Assembly: GCF_001194135.2 (NCBI RefSeq)
Contig: NC_068981.1
Location: forward strand, 63,680,443 to 63,720,344
DNA from: Octopus bimaculoides
Lineage: Eukaryota
Direction of reading: 5' to 3'
DNA length: 39,902 nt
Below are positions 24,100 through 34,276 of the stretch, in pieces. Numbering within the stretch: the first letter of the stretch is position 1; each line of letters begins with the position of its first letter. Made by a program: the position numbers and the translations under genes. The notes beneath the pieces are model-generated. The model was not told the DNA's origin and made no database searches. It saw only the letters and a program-made list of their open reading frames with translations.

Positions 24100-25059
24100 A
24101 GGGAATCTAATCACTGTGAAGTAAATCGAATCCGTATCTCCAATTTGAGCTCAAAACGCAAGGAGTCAGGTCAACTATTGGACGCTCTAGCGACTCTGAG
24201 ATAATTCGCTCACATAACATTTAGTATATTCGTTACATAAATTCTATTTTCTTTACAAATATTGTATTTTGATAAATTTAAAGGTTTTATTCCATCAGAA
24301 AATGTATGCTTTTGAAAATATTCAAAACAAAAGACTTGTACGACATTCATTTTAACACTACAGGACGAAGGCGTATGGAATATTTTACACAGCCGTTTTA
24401 GCATCGTCTATCTGGCGTCGTTGATTAGACACTGACTTATTTGACCTTTTAATATTTCCCTCGTTTTAATGTATATTTCGTTCTGTCTCATCCCTCTCTC
24501 TCTTTGTCTATGCGTATCAACATCTTGTTATGTCTAATGTCTCTCTTCCTCCCACTCTCACTTTTTGTTTGTATGTGTATATTTCTGTGCGCTTGTATGT
24601 CTTTGCCTCCAGTGTCAAAACGTACTGTCATCAAAATCGTCAGTGTCGACACCACAGCAACCAGTCGTCTCTTTCCAAGGCCAAAGTATACACACAAGAA
24701 GAGCTGTCTGGTTCTATTTTACCACGCTAACAAACGATGCTCTTTTTGCTCACTCGACGTTCCTCGAACTTACAACTAAATCTTCTTCAAATAGCGCAAG
24801 AACACAATATATGATATCGTCCTACCGACGGCGAACTGTCAGAGTTAATGGAGTGTCCGATTGAATTCCGTGCAGTATTTCTTCCGTTTCTGCATAAATA
24901 CTTTACCTTTTACTATCCTTCAGGGTTTGACCAATCAAGTTTTAGAGTACATTGTCTTTCTTGCTTTCTCTCTGTTTCATTCTGCCTCTCTCACCATCTC
25001 TGTATTTCTACCTGTCTCTATCTATCTCTTTTTCATCCTCTGTCTGTGTGTGTCTGTCC

Positions 25060-25064
25060 GTCTG

Positions 25065-25141
<77 letters not shown>

Positions 25142-25165
25142 ATATATATATATATGTGTGTGTGA
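25060..25165. repeat. (CT)n followed by (TA)n/(TG)n
   Basis: Direct inspection. Confidence 0.96.
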
Positions 25166-25530
25166 CTGAATCAGTTACGTTGCGTTGTGAGAAGTCGCAG
25201 ACAGCCATTCAGCGTACCCTCCTCTAAAAATGGAAAGGTGTTGAACCAGGGACTAGCAAACGGATATGATACTGGCTAGCACCTTGCTAAATTAGAAGGC
25301 ATATCATACATACACGCATACATACATACATGCACAGTCACACACGTACATGCATACGCACATACACACATACACACACACACACACATATATGTGTATA
25401 TATGTATGTGTATGTGCGTGTGTGCGTGTATGTGTGTGTATTGTGTGCGTGTGTGTGAGTGTATGTGTAAAAGCAAACACGAATGGTGCTTAAAATTTAC
25501 TTTTATACCTACACTACGCCAAGGGCCATG

Positions 25531-25575
25531 TTTGTCCCCTCTATATTTAGCCCCTTGTGTGCAATAAAGAAATAA
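25531..25575 (+). mobile_element. Isolated alternative 3' tail of SINE family A (tail type 2)
   Basis: TTTGTCCCCTCTATATTTAGCCCCTTGTGTGCAATAAAGAAATAA matches the reverse complement of 35324-35368. Confidence 0.8.
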
Positions 25576-25770
25576 GAAACGTTAGCACGCTGGGCGAAAT
25601 GCTTAACGGTATTTCGCCCATCGCTATGTTCTGAGTTCAAATCCCGCCGAGGTCGACTTTGCCTTTCATCCCTTCGGGGTCGATGAATTAAGTACCAGTT
25701 GCGTACTGGAATCGGTCTAATCGACTGGCCACCTCCCCACAAATTTCCAGCCCTGTGCCTAGAGTAGAAA
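25576..25770 (+). mobile_element. SINE family A, lacking the first ~14 nt
   Basis: GAAACGTTAGCACGCTGGGCGAAATGC..GAGTTCAAATCCCGCCGAGGTCGACTTTGCCTTTCATCC..GTGCCTAGAGTAGAAA. Confidence 0.92.
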
Positions 25771-25785
25771 CGACTACTTAACTAG

Positions 25786-25882
25786 TTCTTATTTCATCGA
25801 CTCTGGAAGAATGAAAGGCACAGTAGATACCGGCGGAATCTCAAGTACAGAAAGCTAAAGACGGACGAGGTACCGCTAAAAC
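25786..25882 (-). mobile_element. Degenerate SINE family A fragment running into gap
   Basis: TTATTTCATCGACTCTGGAAGAATGAAAGGCACAGTAGATACCGGCGGAATC..ACCGCTAA. Confidence 0.75.
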
Positions 25883-26202
25883 NNNNNNNNNNNNNNNNNN
25901 NNNNNNNNNNNNNNNNNNNNNNNNNNNNNNNNNNNNNNNNNNNNNNNNNNNNNNNNNNNNNNNNNNNNNNNNNNNNNNNNNNNNNNNNNNNNNNNNNNNN
26001 NNNNNNNNNNNNNNNNNNNNNNNNNNNNNNNNNNNNNNNNNNNNNNNNNNNNNNNNNNNNNNNNNNNNNNNNNNNNNNNNNNNNNNNNNNNNNNNNNNNN
26101 NNNNNNNNNNNNNNNNNNNNNNNNNNNNNNNNNNNNNNNNNNNNNNNNNNNNNNNNNNNNNNNNNNNNNNNNNNNNNNNNNNNNNNNNNNNNNNNNNNNN
26201 NN

Positions 26203-26244
<42 letters not shown>

Positions 26245-26519
26245 TGTATGTATGTATATATATATATATACCTATATCTATATATATATAATATTCTCTT
26301 TTCTTCTCTGTATTTTTCTCCCGCTCTATGTTAACATTTATTCTTGATTTCTATTTCTTTCTTTTATGTTCTTATTTTTATATGATTTCGTGTATTTTTT
26401 CCGTGTTTTTCTTATTGTTGTTATTATTATTATTATTAATATATCAGACGTGGACGGTCTGGGGCGCCTTGTTATTCTATTGTTTTCACCACTTCTTAAG
26501 GCCTTGCCCTATATTGCTG

Positions 26520-26650
26520 GCGTCACAGATACAAGCAGCCAATCAAATATTAGATAACAAAATAACTCACTCAATCGTCACATCCCACCCACATCGTCAA
26601 ACACTCACTTTTTTTTCGTCTGCCTGACTGCCATTAAATAATAAACGTCA
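26520..26650 (+). promoter_or_regulatory. Candidate promoter/enhancer: CCAAT box plus four CGTCA (CRE half-site) motifs
   Basis: AGCCAATCA at 26537-26545; CGTCA at 26521, 26576, 26595 and 26646, all same orientation, in non-repetitive DNA. Motif evidence only. Confidence 0.3.
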
Positions 26651-26656
26651 GTGTTA

Positions 26657-26687
<31 letters not shown>

Positions 26688-26705
26688 GTATGTGTGTGTA
26701 TATAC

Positions 26706-26746
<41 letters not shown>

Positions 26747-26809
26747 GTATGTATAAATGTATATAGTTACATGTGTGTGCGTGCGTGTGTGTATAAACAG
26801 ATAAATATG

Positions 26810-26859
<50 letters not shown>

Positions 26860-26869
26860 NNNNNNNNNN

Positions 26870-26913
<44 letters not shown>

Positions 26914-27105
26914 ACGTGAGTGTATATATGCGTGTGCGTAGATATACATATGTATGTATTTATATATATGTGTGTATGTATATATGTCCGTTTACACATG
27001 TATGTATGCTCTCTTTCTCACACCCAAACACATAAAATGCACATATGTTTGTGCGTACGTATAAACATATATATACATACATACTTATATACATACATAC
27101 ATATA

Positions 27106-27148
<43 letters not shown>

Positions 27149-27384
27149 GTGTATGTGTGTGTGTAAGCTTTTATATAGGCACATACGTGCATACGTGTAA
27201 TATATTTACGTGACGTTCATGCATATATGCATCATACACGCGCATTCACATCTTCACATCCAACCTCACGTAGATAAATGGGTCTTCACCGTTTTCAGCG
27301 ATGAGTACTTTGAGATTCCACAGTCACATGCGTCCTCAACGTAATCCTCAGTGGGTGTCATCGTAACTCTGTGTGATAATAATA

Positions 27385-27428
27385 ATGGACCTTAGAATTT
27401 ACGGGCAGGATCCAGCCGACCGTATATG
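27385..27428 (+). CDS. Candidate first coding exon segment MDLRIYGQDPADRI(W/C), phase-2 donor; exon 27299-27428; product unknown
   Basis: Acceptor TCTTCACCGTTTTCAG at 27298, ATG in strong context (ATA-ATG-G), in-frame upstream stop at 27364-27366, consensus donor TG|GTAAGA at 27429, unique island between microsatellites. No homology recognised. Confidence 0.4.
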
Positions 27429-27646
27429 GTAAGAATCAAAAGGGTGTATAGGAACTGCGTCGTTGATGATTGCATCATTTTTCTTTTGTTTTGTATCTGT
27501 TTTTTTTTATTTGTGAATATGAAGAGAAAGACATAATGAATGTGTATGTGTGTATGTGTGCGCACGCGTACATGTGCGTGACTACGTGAGAGTGAAAGTA
27601 TTTATGTATATAATTCTGTGTGCATGTGTGCGTATGTATACGTTTG

Positions 27647-28055
27647 TATACATATACGTATGATATAGAAGTTAATGTAAGGATAAGCATGTTATGCATG
27701 TCAATACACAAAGTATATTAAAATACGTGAAATACAAAAACAAAGAAAATATGTATATGCTTACATACAAAAAAGGTCTACCTGCTCAAGTTTAAACCTC
27801 TTGACCACTACTTGGTGTATTCTATATGGAGAATATCTGATTCTCATCTATTATCTATATATGTATAATATACATATACGTATGATATAGAAGTTAATGT
27901 AAGGATAAGCATGTTATGCATGTCAATACACAAAGTATATTAAAATACGTGAAATACAAAAACAAAGAAAATATGTATATGCTTACATACAAAAAAGGTC
28001 TACCTGCTCAAGTTTAAACCTCTTGACCACTACTTGGTGTATTCTATATGGAGAA
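27647..28055. repeat. Exact 187-bp direct duplication (27647-27833 and 27869-28055) abutting a gap
   Basis: Identical by inspection; the second copy ends exactly at the N run. Confidence 0.9.
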
Positions 28056-28512
28056 NNNNNNNNNNNNNNNNNNNNNNNNNNNNNNNNNNNNNNNNNNNNN
28101 NNNNNNNNNNNNNNNNNNNNNNNNNNNNNNNNNNNNNNNNNNNNNNNNNNNNNNNNNNNNNNNNNNNNNNNNNNNNNNNNNNNNNNNNNNNNNNNNNNNN
28201 NNNNNNNNNNNNNNNNNNNNNNNNNNNNNNNNNNNNNNNNNNNNNNNNNNNNNNNNNNNNNNNNNNNNNNNNNNNNNNNNNNNNNNNNNNNNNNNNNNNN
28301 NNNNNNNNNNNNNNNNNNNNNNNNNNNNNNNNNNNNNNNNNNNNNNNNNNNNNNNNNNNNNNNNNNNNNNNNNNATATATATATATATATATATATACTT
28401 GAATGTGTATATATGTATGCATTTACGGATGTATGCACGTGTGTATGTATGTATATATGTACGTACTGTACACACATATGAGTGTATATTTATATATGTA
28501 TGTATGTGTTAT

Positions 28513-28889
28513 CTTTTAACGTTTACCTGTTTCAATCATTTGACTGCGGTCATGCTGGGGCACCGCCTTAAAATTTTAGTCGAATGAATCGACCCCAATA
28601 CTTATCTTTCAAACCTGGTACTTATTCTATCGGTCTCTTATGCCGTACCTCTAAGTTACGGGACAAACAGACACAAAGGCACACACACATAGATACATAC
28701 ATACATACATACATACATATATTTATGACGGGCTTCTTTGAGATTCCGTCTACGAAATCCACTCACAAGGTTTTGGTCGGCCCGAGGTCAAAGTAGAAGA
28801 CACTTGCCCAAAGTGCCATGCAGTGGGACGGAACCCCGTAACCATGTGGTTGGGAAGTTAGCTCCTTACCACACAGCCACGCCTGCACC
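28513..28889 (-). mobile_element. SINE family B, full length, internal (CA)/(TACA)n tract
   Basis: Reverse complement of the whole family B layout, tail to head (..TTACCACACAGCCACGCCTGC). Confidence 0.9.
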
Positions 28890-29034
28890 TGTATGTATGT
28901 ATGTATGTATGTATGTATGTATGTATGTATGTATGTATGTATGTATAACAACAAAATCGTTACTACAAGTTACGAATTGCCGATTTTGACATAATTGGAG
29001 TTAGCATGAGCATTAATGTATGGTTTATGTATTT

Positions 29035-29400
29035 ACTTTGCTACCACGTAGGTCCGGGTTCAATATCCCTGTGCCGCCCGTCGAGCAATGGATGTCTACT
29101 CGTACTCCGACCAACGCCTCGTGTGTGAATGTCATTGATAGAAATTGCGTAAAAGCATATCTTGAGGGGACAAACAGACGCAAACACACATGCGCGTTTC
29201 TATGTTTGCTTTTAATAACCGGTGTTGGTTTTTTTACACCCGCATAAATTAGTCGTTTGGGAAAAGTAATTGATAGATTCTAACAAAAAAATAAAAAAAG
29301 AAAAAGAAAAAGAAGAAATACTGAAACTTATTCGATCGATTAAGAATATGTGGTGCTACAGCATGACCGCAGCTCAATCACTAAAACAAATAAGAGCAAA
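29035..29400 (+). mobile_element. Strongly diverged family-B-related SINE
   Basis: CCGGGTTCAATATCCC head; CCGACCAACGCCTCGTGTGTGAAT; AACCGGTGTTGG; GTGCTACAGCATGACCGCAG tail. Confidence 0.6.
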
Positions 29401-29705
29401 ATAAAAAAAAAAATATATAACAATCGTGCAAAATCTTGATTTTGATTAGTTGAATAGTTTTTCANNNNNNNNNNNNNNNNNNNNNNNNNNNNNNNNNNNN
29501 NNNNNNNNNNNNNNNNNNNNNNNNNNNNNNNNNNNNNNNNNNNNNNNNNNNNNNNNNNNNNNNNNNNNNNNNNNNNNNNNNNNNNNNNNNNNNNNNNNNN
29601 NNNNNNNNNNNNNNNNNNNNNNNNNNNNNNNNNNNNNNNNNNNNNNNNNNNNNNNNNNNNNNNNNNNNNNNNNNNNNNNNNNNNNNNNNNNNNNNNNNNN
29701 NNNNN

Positions 29706-29738
<33 letters not shown>

Positions 29739-30020
29739 TGTGTGCGTATGCGTGTATGAGTATGCGTGTGTGCTCAAGAGAGTGACCTTGTGTATGTTTC
29801 TTTTTTTTGTGTGAGAAAGTATGTATTTGTATGTGTTTATGTGTGTCAGTGTCTGTGAGTGTGTGTGCATGCGAGTGTCTTTACATGGGTGTGTGTATAT
29901 GAGTGTATATGAGTGTGTATGATAAACACACACGCACATATTCATAGAGCCAGAAAGAGAAAGAAAGAGAGAGAAAGAAAGAAAGAGAAGAGGAAAAGAA
30001 AGACAGAGAGAGAGGGGGAG

Positions 30021-30054
<34 letters not shown>

Positions 30055-30105
30055 GAGAGAGAGATAGAGAGAGTGAGAGAGAGAGAGTGAGAGGGCGAGA
30101 GACAG
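29706..30105. repeat. (GT)n-rich then (GA)n/(GAAA)n polypurine tract
   Basis: Direct inspection. Confidence 0.9.
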
Positions 30106-30496
30106 TGCCAGTGTAGGTGGGTGCTTTACCTTTAACTCCCACCCATTGCACGATACAAGCTACCGACACTCACTCTGTGTCCGTGTGTTCGTTGCGTTGT
30201 CAACATTAACGTTTCTGGTTATATATTGCTCTCTGTTCACGACTCATTGTATTGTTGTGACTATACAAGCACTTACATATATACACACATGCACACGCAA
30301 ATATTACAGATCTGTATCTACTCTGCGCACGTAAGCGTGTCAGTATGAATATCGGACAGAGTCAAAACTATTGAAAAGGTTGCCAGACGCAACGAAAATT
30401 CTAGAAAAATAAAGAAGGAACTAAGTGGAAATTTTACCGGTGAGTGCGTTAAATTATAATGCACGAAAAGAGAATCGCCCTCCACAGACACAACAG

Positions 30497-30527
<31 letters not shown>

Positions 30528-31516
30528 CAAAGAATATATATACATGTATACACACATATATGTACATACATCTACATGTGTATATACATGCATATCAGGG
30601 TACAGGACGTTAGAACAATAAACTACAGACAACGGAACGAACACATAGGAAAACGGAAAGCCACTTGGAATATCCCTTCATCAGCTGTCTCTATTCTATC
30701 TAGACGTTTCGAAGATAATATATATACTTTATTAAAAAGCAGCAAAAATATCACANNNNNNNNNNNNNNNNNNNNNNNNNNNNNNNNNNNNNNNNNNNNN
30801 NNNNNNNNNNNNNNNNNNNNNNNNNNNNNNNNNNNNNNNNNNNNNNNNNNNNNNNNNNNNNNNNNNNNNNNNNNNNNNNNNNNNNNNNNNNNNNNNNNNN
30901 NNNNNNNNNNNNNNNNNNNNNNNNNNNNNNNNNNNNNNNNNNNNNNNNNNNNNNNNNNNNNNNNNNNNNNNNNNNNNNNNNNNNNNNNNNNNNNNNNNNN
31001 NNNNNNNNNNNNNNNNNNNNNNNNNNNNNNNNNNNNNNNNNNNNNNNNNNNNNNNNNNNNNNNNNNNNNNNNNNNNNNNNNNNNNNNNNNNNNNNNNNNN
31101 NNNNNNNNNNNNNNNNNNNNNNNNNNNNNNNNNNNNNNNNNNNNNNNNNNNNNNNNNNNNNNNNNNNNNNNNNNNNNNNNNNNNNNNNNNNNNNNNNNNN
31201 NNNNNNNNNNNNNNNNNNNNNNNNNNNNNNNNNNNNNNNNNNNNNNNNNNNNNNNNNNNNNNNNNNNNNNNNNNNNNNNNNNNNNNNNNNNNNNNNNNNN
31301 NNNNNNNNNNNNNNNNNNNNNNNNNNNNNNNNNNNNNNNNNNNNNNNNNNNNNNNNNNNNNNNNNNNNNNNNNNNNNNNNNNNNNNNNNNNNNNNNNNNN
31401 NNNNNNNNNNNNNNNNNNNNNNNNNNNNNNNNNNNNNNNNNNNNNNNNNNNNNNNNNNNNNNNNNNNNNNNNNNNNNNNNNNNNNNNNNNNNNNNNNNNN
31501 NNNNNNNNNNNNNNNN

Positions 31517-31725
31517 ATATATATATATATTTGTGTGATTGTGTTTGTCCCCTACCATCACTTGCCAACCGATGTTGGTGTGTTTACGTCCCCATAACGG
31601 TTCAGCAAAAGAGCCGATAGAATAAATACTTATTAAGAATAAAACCTGGAGTCCATTTGACCGACTAAAGGCAGTGCTTCGGCATGGCCGCAGTCAAATG
31701 ACAGGAACAAGAAAAGAGTAAAAAA
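31517..31725 (+). mobile_element. SINE family B, 3' half (5' half probably in gap 30756-31516)
   Basis: (TA)n-GTGTTTGTCCCC..AACCGATGTTGGTGTGTTTACGTCCCC..GCATGGCCGCAGTCAAATGAC. Confidence 0.88.
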
Positions 31726-32799
31726 ATATATAGTGTATATAAACATATATATATATACATGTGTGTGTTTGTGTGTGTGTGTGTGCGTGTGTGTGTGCGC
31801 GTGTGTGTGTGTGTATGTATCTGTACTTGCATGTATATTTAGCGCCCCATATATGACTAAAAGGCTTCACCATGTGGTGCTATTAAATTAGACATGGCCT
31901 GGGCCTACATTAGCCGAAACTTAACAAATGTATATGAATGCATATATATATGTGTGTGTGTGTGTGTGTTGAATCTGTTTGCATGTCAGTCTGTATGCAT
32001 GCGTTTGAATGTAGAGGGAACAGTTTTGTGCTAGAAGAGACGACAATCTTACGTTAAGCAATTTTGCAAATGTTTTATCACATTTTCTTTTGTTTCAATT
32101 TGAATAATATTTAAGGGTTCCTTTAACCCTTTATTATTTCTTTTACCCTTTAATATTTAACCCTTTAATATTTCTAAATCTTCTCAGTCTCCACTACTGA
32201 ACGAAGTGTGGATGCTTGTAGTGTTTTCTCTATTTTCGTTTTTGACGTAGCAAATTAGCAGCAAATATACCGCTTGTCGTAACGGATAATCGCACAATAA
32301 AAACTGTTTAATGATTAACTTCATGTACTCTCGTAGTTTATTCCACCTGTGCTTTGTTTCGCTAGTTTTGTTTTATATTCTGTAATACATTATGCTATAA
32401 TAACATTTTTATTATGAATGTATAGTGAGTCGGCGAGAAATTATTGTGCAAAGGTGTCTTCTTTAACAGTTTGAGTCGTGATGTTAGCAACTTTCATGTT
32501 TACATTGAATTATGTGTATTACGTTGGTTGTTAGGTTATTCGTTGTAATAATACAATATATTCTGTATATAGTTAAGTGAGCACGTAAAGATATACAAAT
32601 AACATTATAAAATTATGTAATTGTATGTATATAAGCTTATGTCTACACATTTGTTTCAATGTGCGAGTCTTATGTGCTAGGGTGCCTGCGTATGCAAGCC
32701 TTTATAGTTGTAGGTATTTTTGTCATAAAGAAAACAAAACAAAATAACAATAGGTATTTTGTTTTAAAAATACAATGATACAATTTCAAAAAGAACAGT

Positions 32800-32865
32800 G
32801 CAATCCGTTGCCTAGAATCGAACCGTGTATCTTCTGGTTACCACGAAGCGATGCTTTATCGTTCT
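32800..32865 (-). other. Isolated tRNA-like / SINE-head remnant
   Basis: Minus strand GATAAAGCATCGCTTCG..GGTTCGATTCTAGGC contains a B-box (GGTTCGATTC); no complete cloverleaf seen. Confidence 0.4.
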
Positions 32866-32972
32866 GATAGTTCAACCTTCTATGGCCTGATTACAGTCAA
32901 ATGCTTGACGGCTCGCTTCCGTTCCTCGAAATATTGTTTACAAATCTAACCTGTTTCCCGTTATGTCACGCA

Positions 32973-33335
32973 GGCGCAGGCCTGACTGTGTGGTAAGAAG
33001 CTTGCTTCCCACTTACATGGTTTCCATTTTAGTCCCGCTGCATGGCTTCTTTTATAATAGTCTCGAGGGAACCAAAGCCTTGTGAGTGGATTTGGCAGAG
33101 GGAAACTGAAAGAAGCTTGTCATATATGTATATATATGTATACATCTATTTGTGCGTGTCTTTGTGTATGTGTTAGTCCGCACATACACAAACGGTGCTG
33201 GTGTGTATATGTCCCCTTAACGGCAAAGAGACCGATAGAATAAGTACCAGGCTTTAAAAAAATTAGTATTGAGGTGGGTTTGTTCGAGTAAAAAATCTTC
33301 AAGGCGGTGCCCTAGTATGGCCGCAATCTTAGTGA
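32973..33335 (+). mobile_element. SINE family B
   Basis: GGCGCAGGCCTGACTGTGTGGTAAGAAGCTTGCTTCCC..ACCAAAGCCTTGTGAGTGGATTTGG..AGAGACCGATAGAATAAGTACC..GTATGGCCGCA. Confidence 0.88.
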
Positions 33336-33339
33336 TTAT

Positions 33340-33538
33340 ATTTTAAAAGCTTGGTACTTATCCCATCGGTCTCTGTTGTTGAAACGCTAAGCTAAGAGGA
33401 CGTATCGGTTGTCAAGCGTTGTAGCGACGAGCACAAAGAAACACACACATAATATATATGTGTGTGCGCGCGCGTGTGTGTGTGTAAGGGGGGAGGGTTG
33501 TGTGTGTGCTTGTGTGTGTTTGTGTATATGTATGTATA

Positions 33539-33628
<90 letters not shown>

Positions 33629-33770
33629 TGGGCTGTCACACAGTTTTTGTCAACCAAATTTCTCACTAGGTATTGGTCGGCACGGGGCTATTGTAGAAAG
33701 AACTTGCTCAAGGTGCAACGCGGGGAAACTGAACCTGAAACAACCCCTAAACCACAAAGTCGTGCTTCAG
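33340..33770 (-). mobile_element. SINE family B with greatly expanded internal (CA)n, tail-to-tail with the previous copy
   Basis: GGTACTTATCCCATCGGTCTC..GGTTGTCAAGCG..(CA)n 33540-33626..TTGGTCGGCACGGGGCTATTGTAGAA..CTTGCTCAAGGTGC..GAACC. Confidence 0.85.
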
Positions 33771-33940
33771 CCTATATTTACTTTTATGTTTTCATTTCTC
33801 ATTTTTCCCAAATTTTATGAAGCTCAGCTGGAAACACTTCCTGATTTTGTATGAATGCATCAATTCTGAATGAATCAAAGAGCAGTTTGAATTCCAAAAT
33901 ATAGGGAATTCACGTATTTGTATTTATATTAAGTAATAAT

Positions 33941-34062
33941 CATTTCTACTAAAGGCACAAGGCCTGAAATTTTGGGGGCAGGGACTAGTCGATTATATCG
34001 ACCCCAGTGTTTCACTGGTGCTTAATTTATCGACCCCCAAAAGGATGAAGGCCAGCTCGCCA
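33941..34062 (-). mobile_element. SINE family A with large internal deletion
   Basis: Tail and core present; AAGGATGAAG joins directly to GCCAGCTCGCC, deleting the B-box region (about 90 nt). Confidence 0.85.
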
Positions 34063-34087
34063 TCTTTTTTATATTACGTAATAAACC

Positions 34088-34276
34088 TTTCTGCTACATG
34101 CAGAAGACCTGAAATTTTTAGGAGAGGGTGGGGCATCACTCGATTACATCGACCCTAATTCTCAGCTGGTACTTATTTTATCGGCCCCGAAATGATAAAA
34201 GAAAAAGTCGACCTCGGCGGAATTTGAACCCAGAACTTAAAGACGGTCGAAATGCCGCTAAGCATTTTGCCCGGTG
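34088..34276 (-). mobile_element. SINE family A, head interrupted by a MITE (resumes about 34932-34957)
   Basis: Core and B-box (GGAATTTGAACCC) end at TTTTGCCCGGTG; the expected continuation GCTAACGAATCTGCTAG appears after the MITE. Confidence 0.82.

Noticed and set aside
23935-24204. ORFs within SINE copies (also 28584-28989, 36253-36846, 39538-39750)
   Set aside because: They lie within non-coding SINEs and are not conserved as ORFs between copies.
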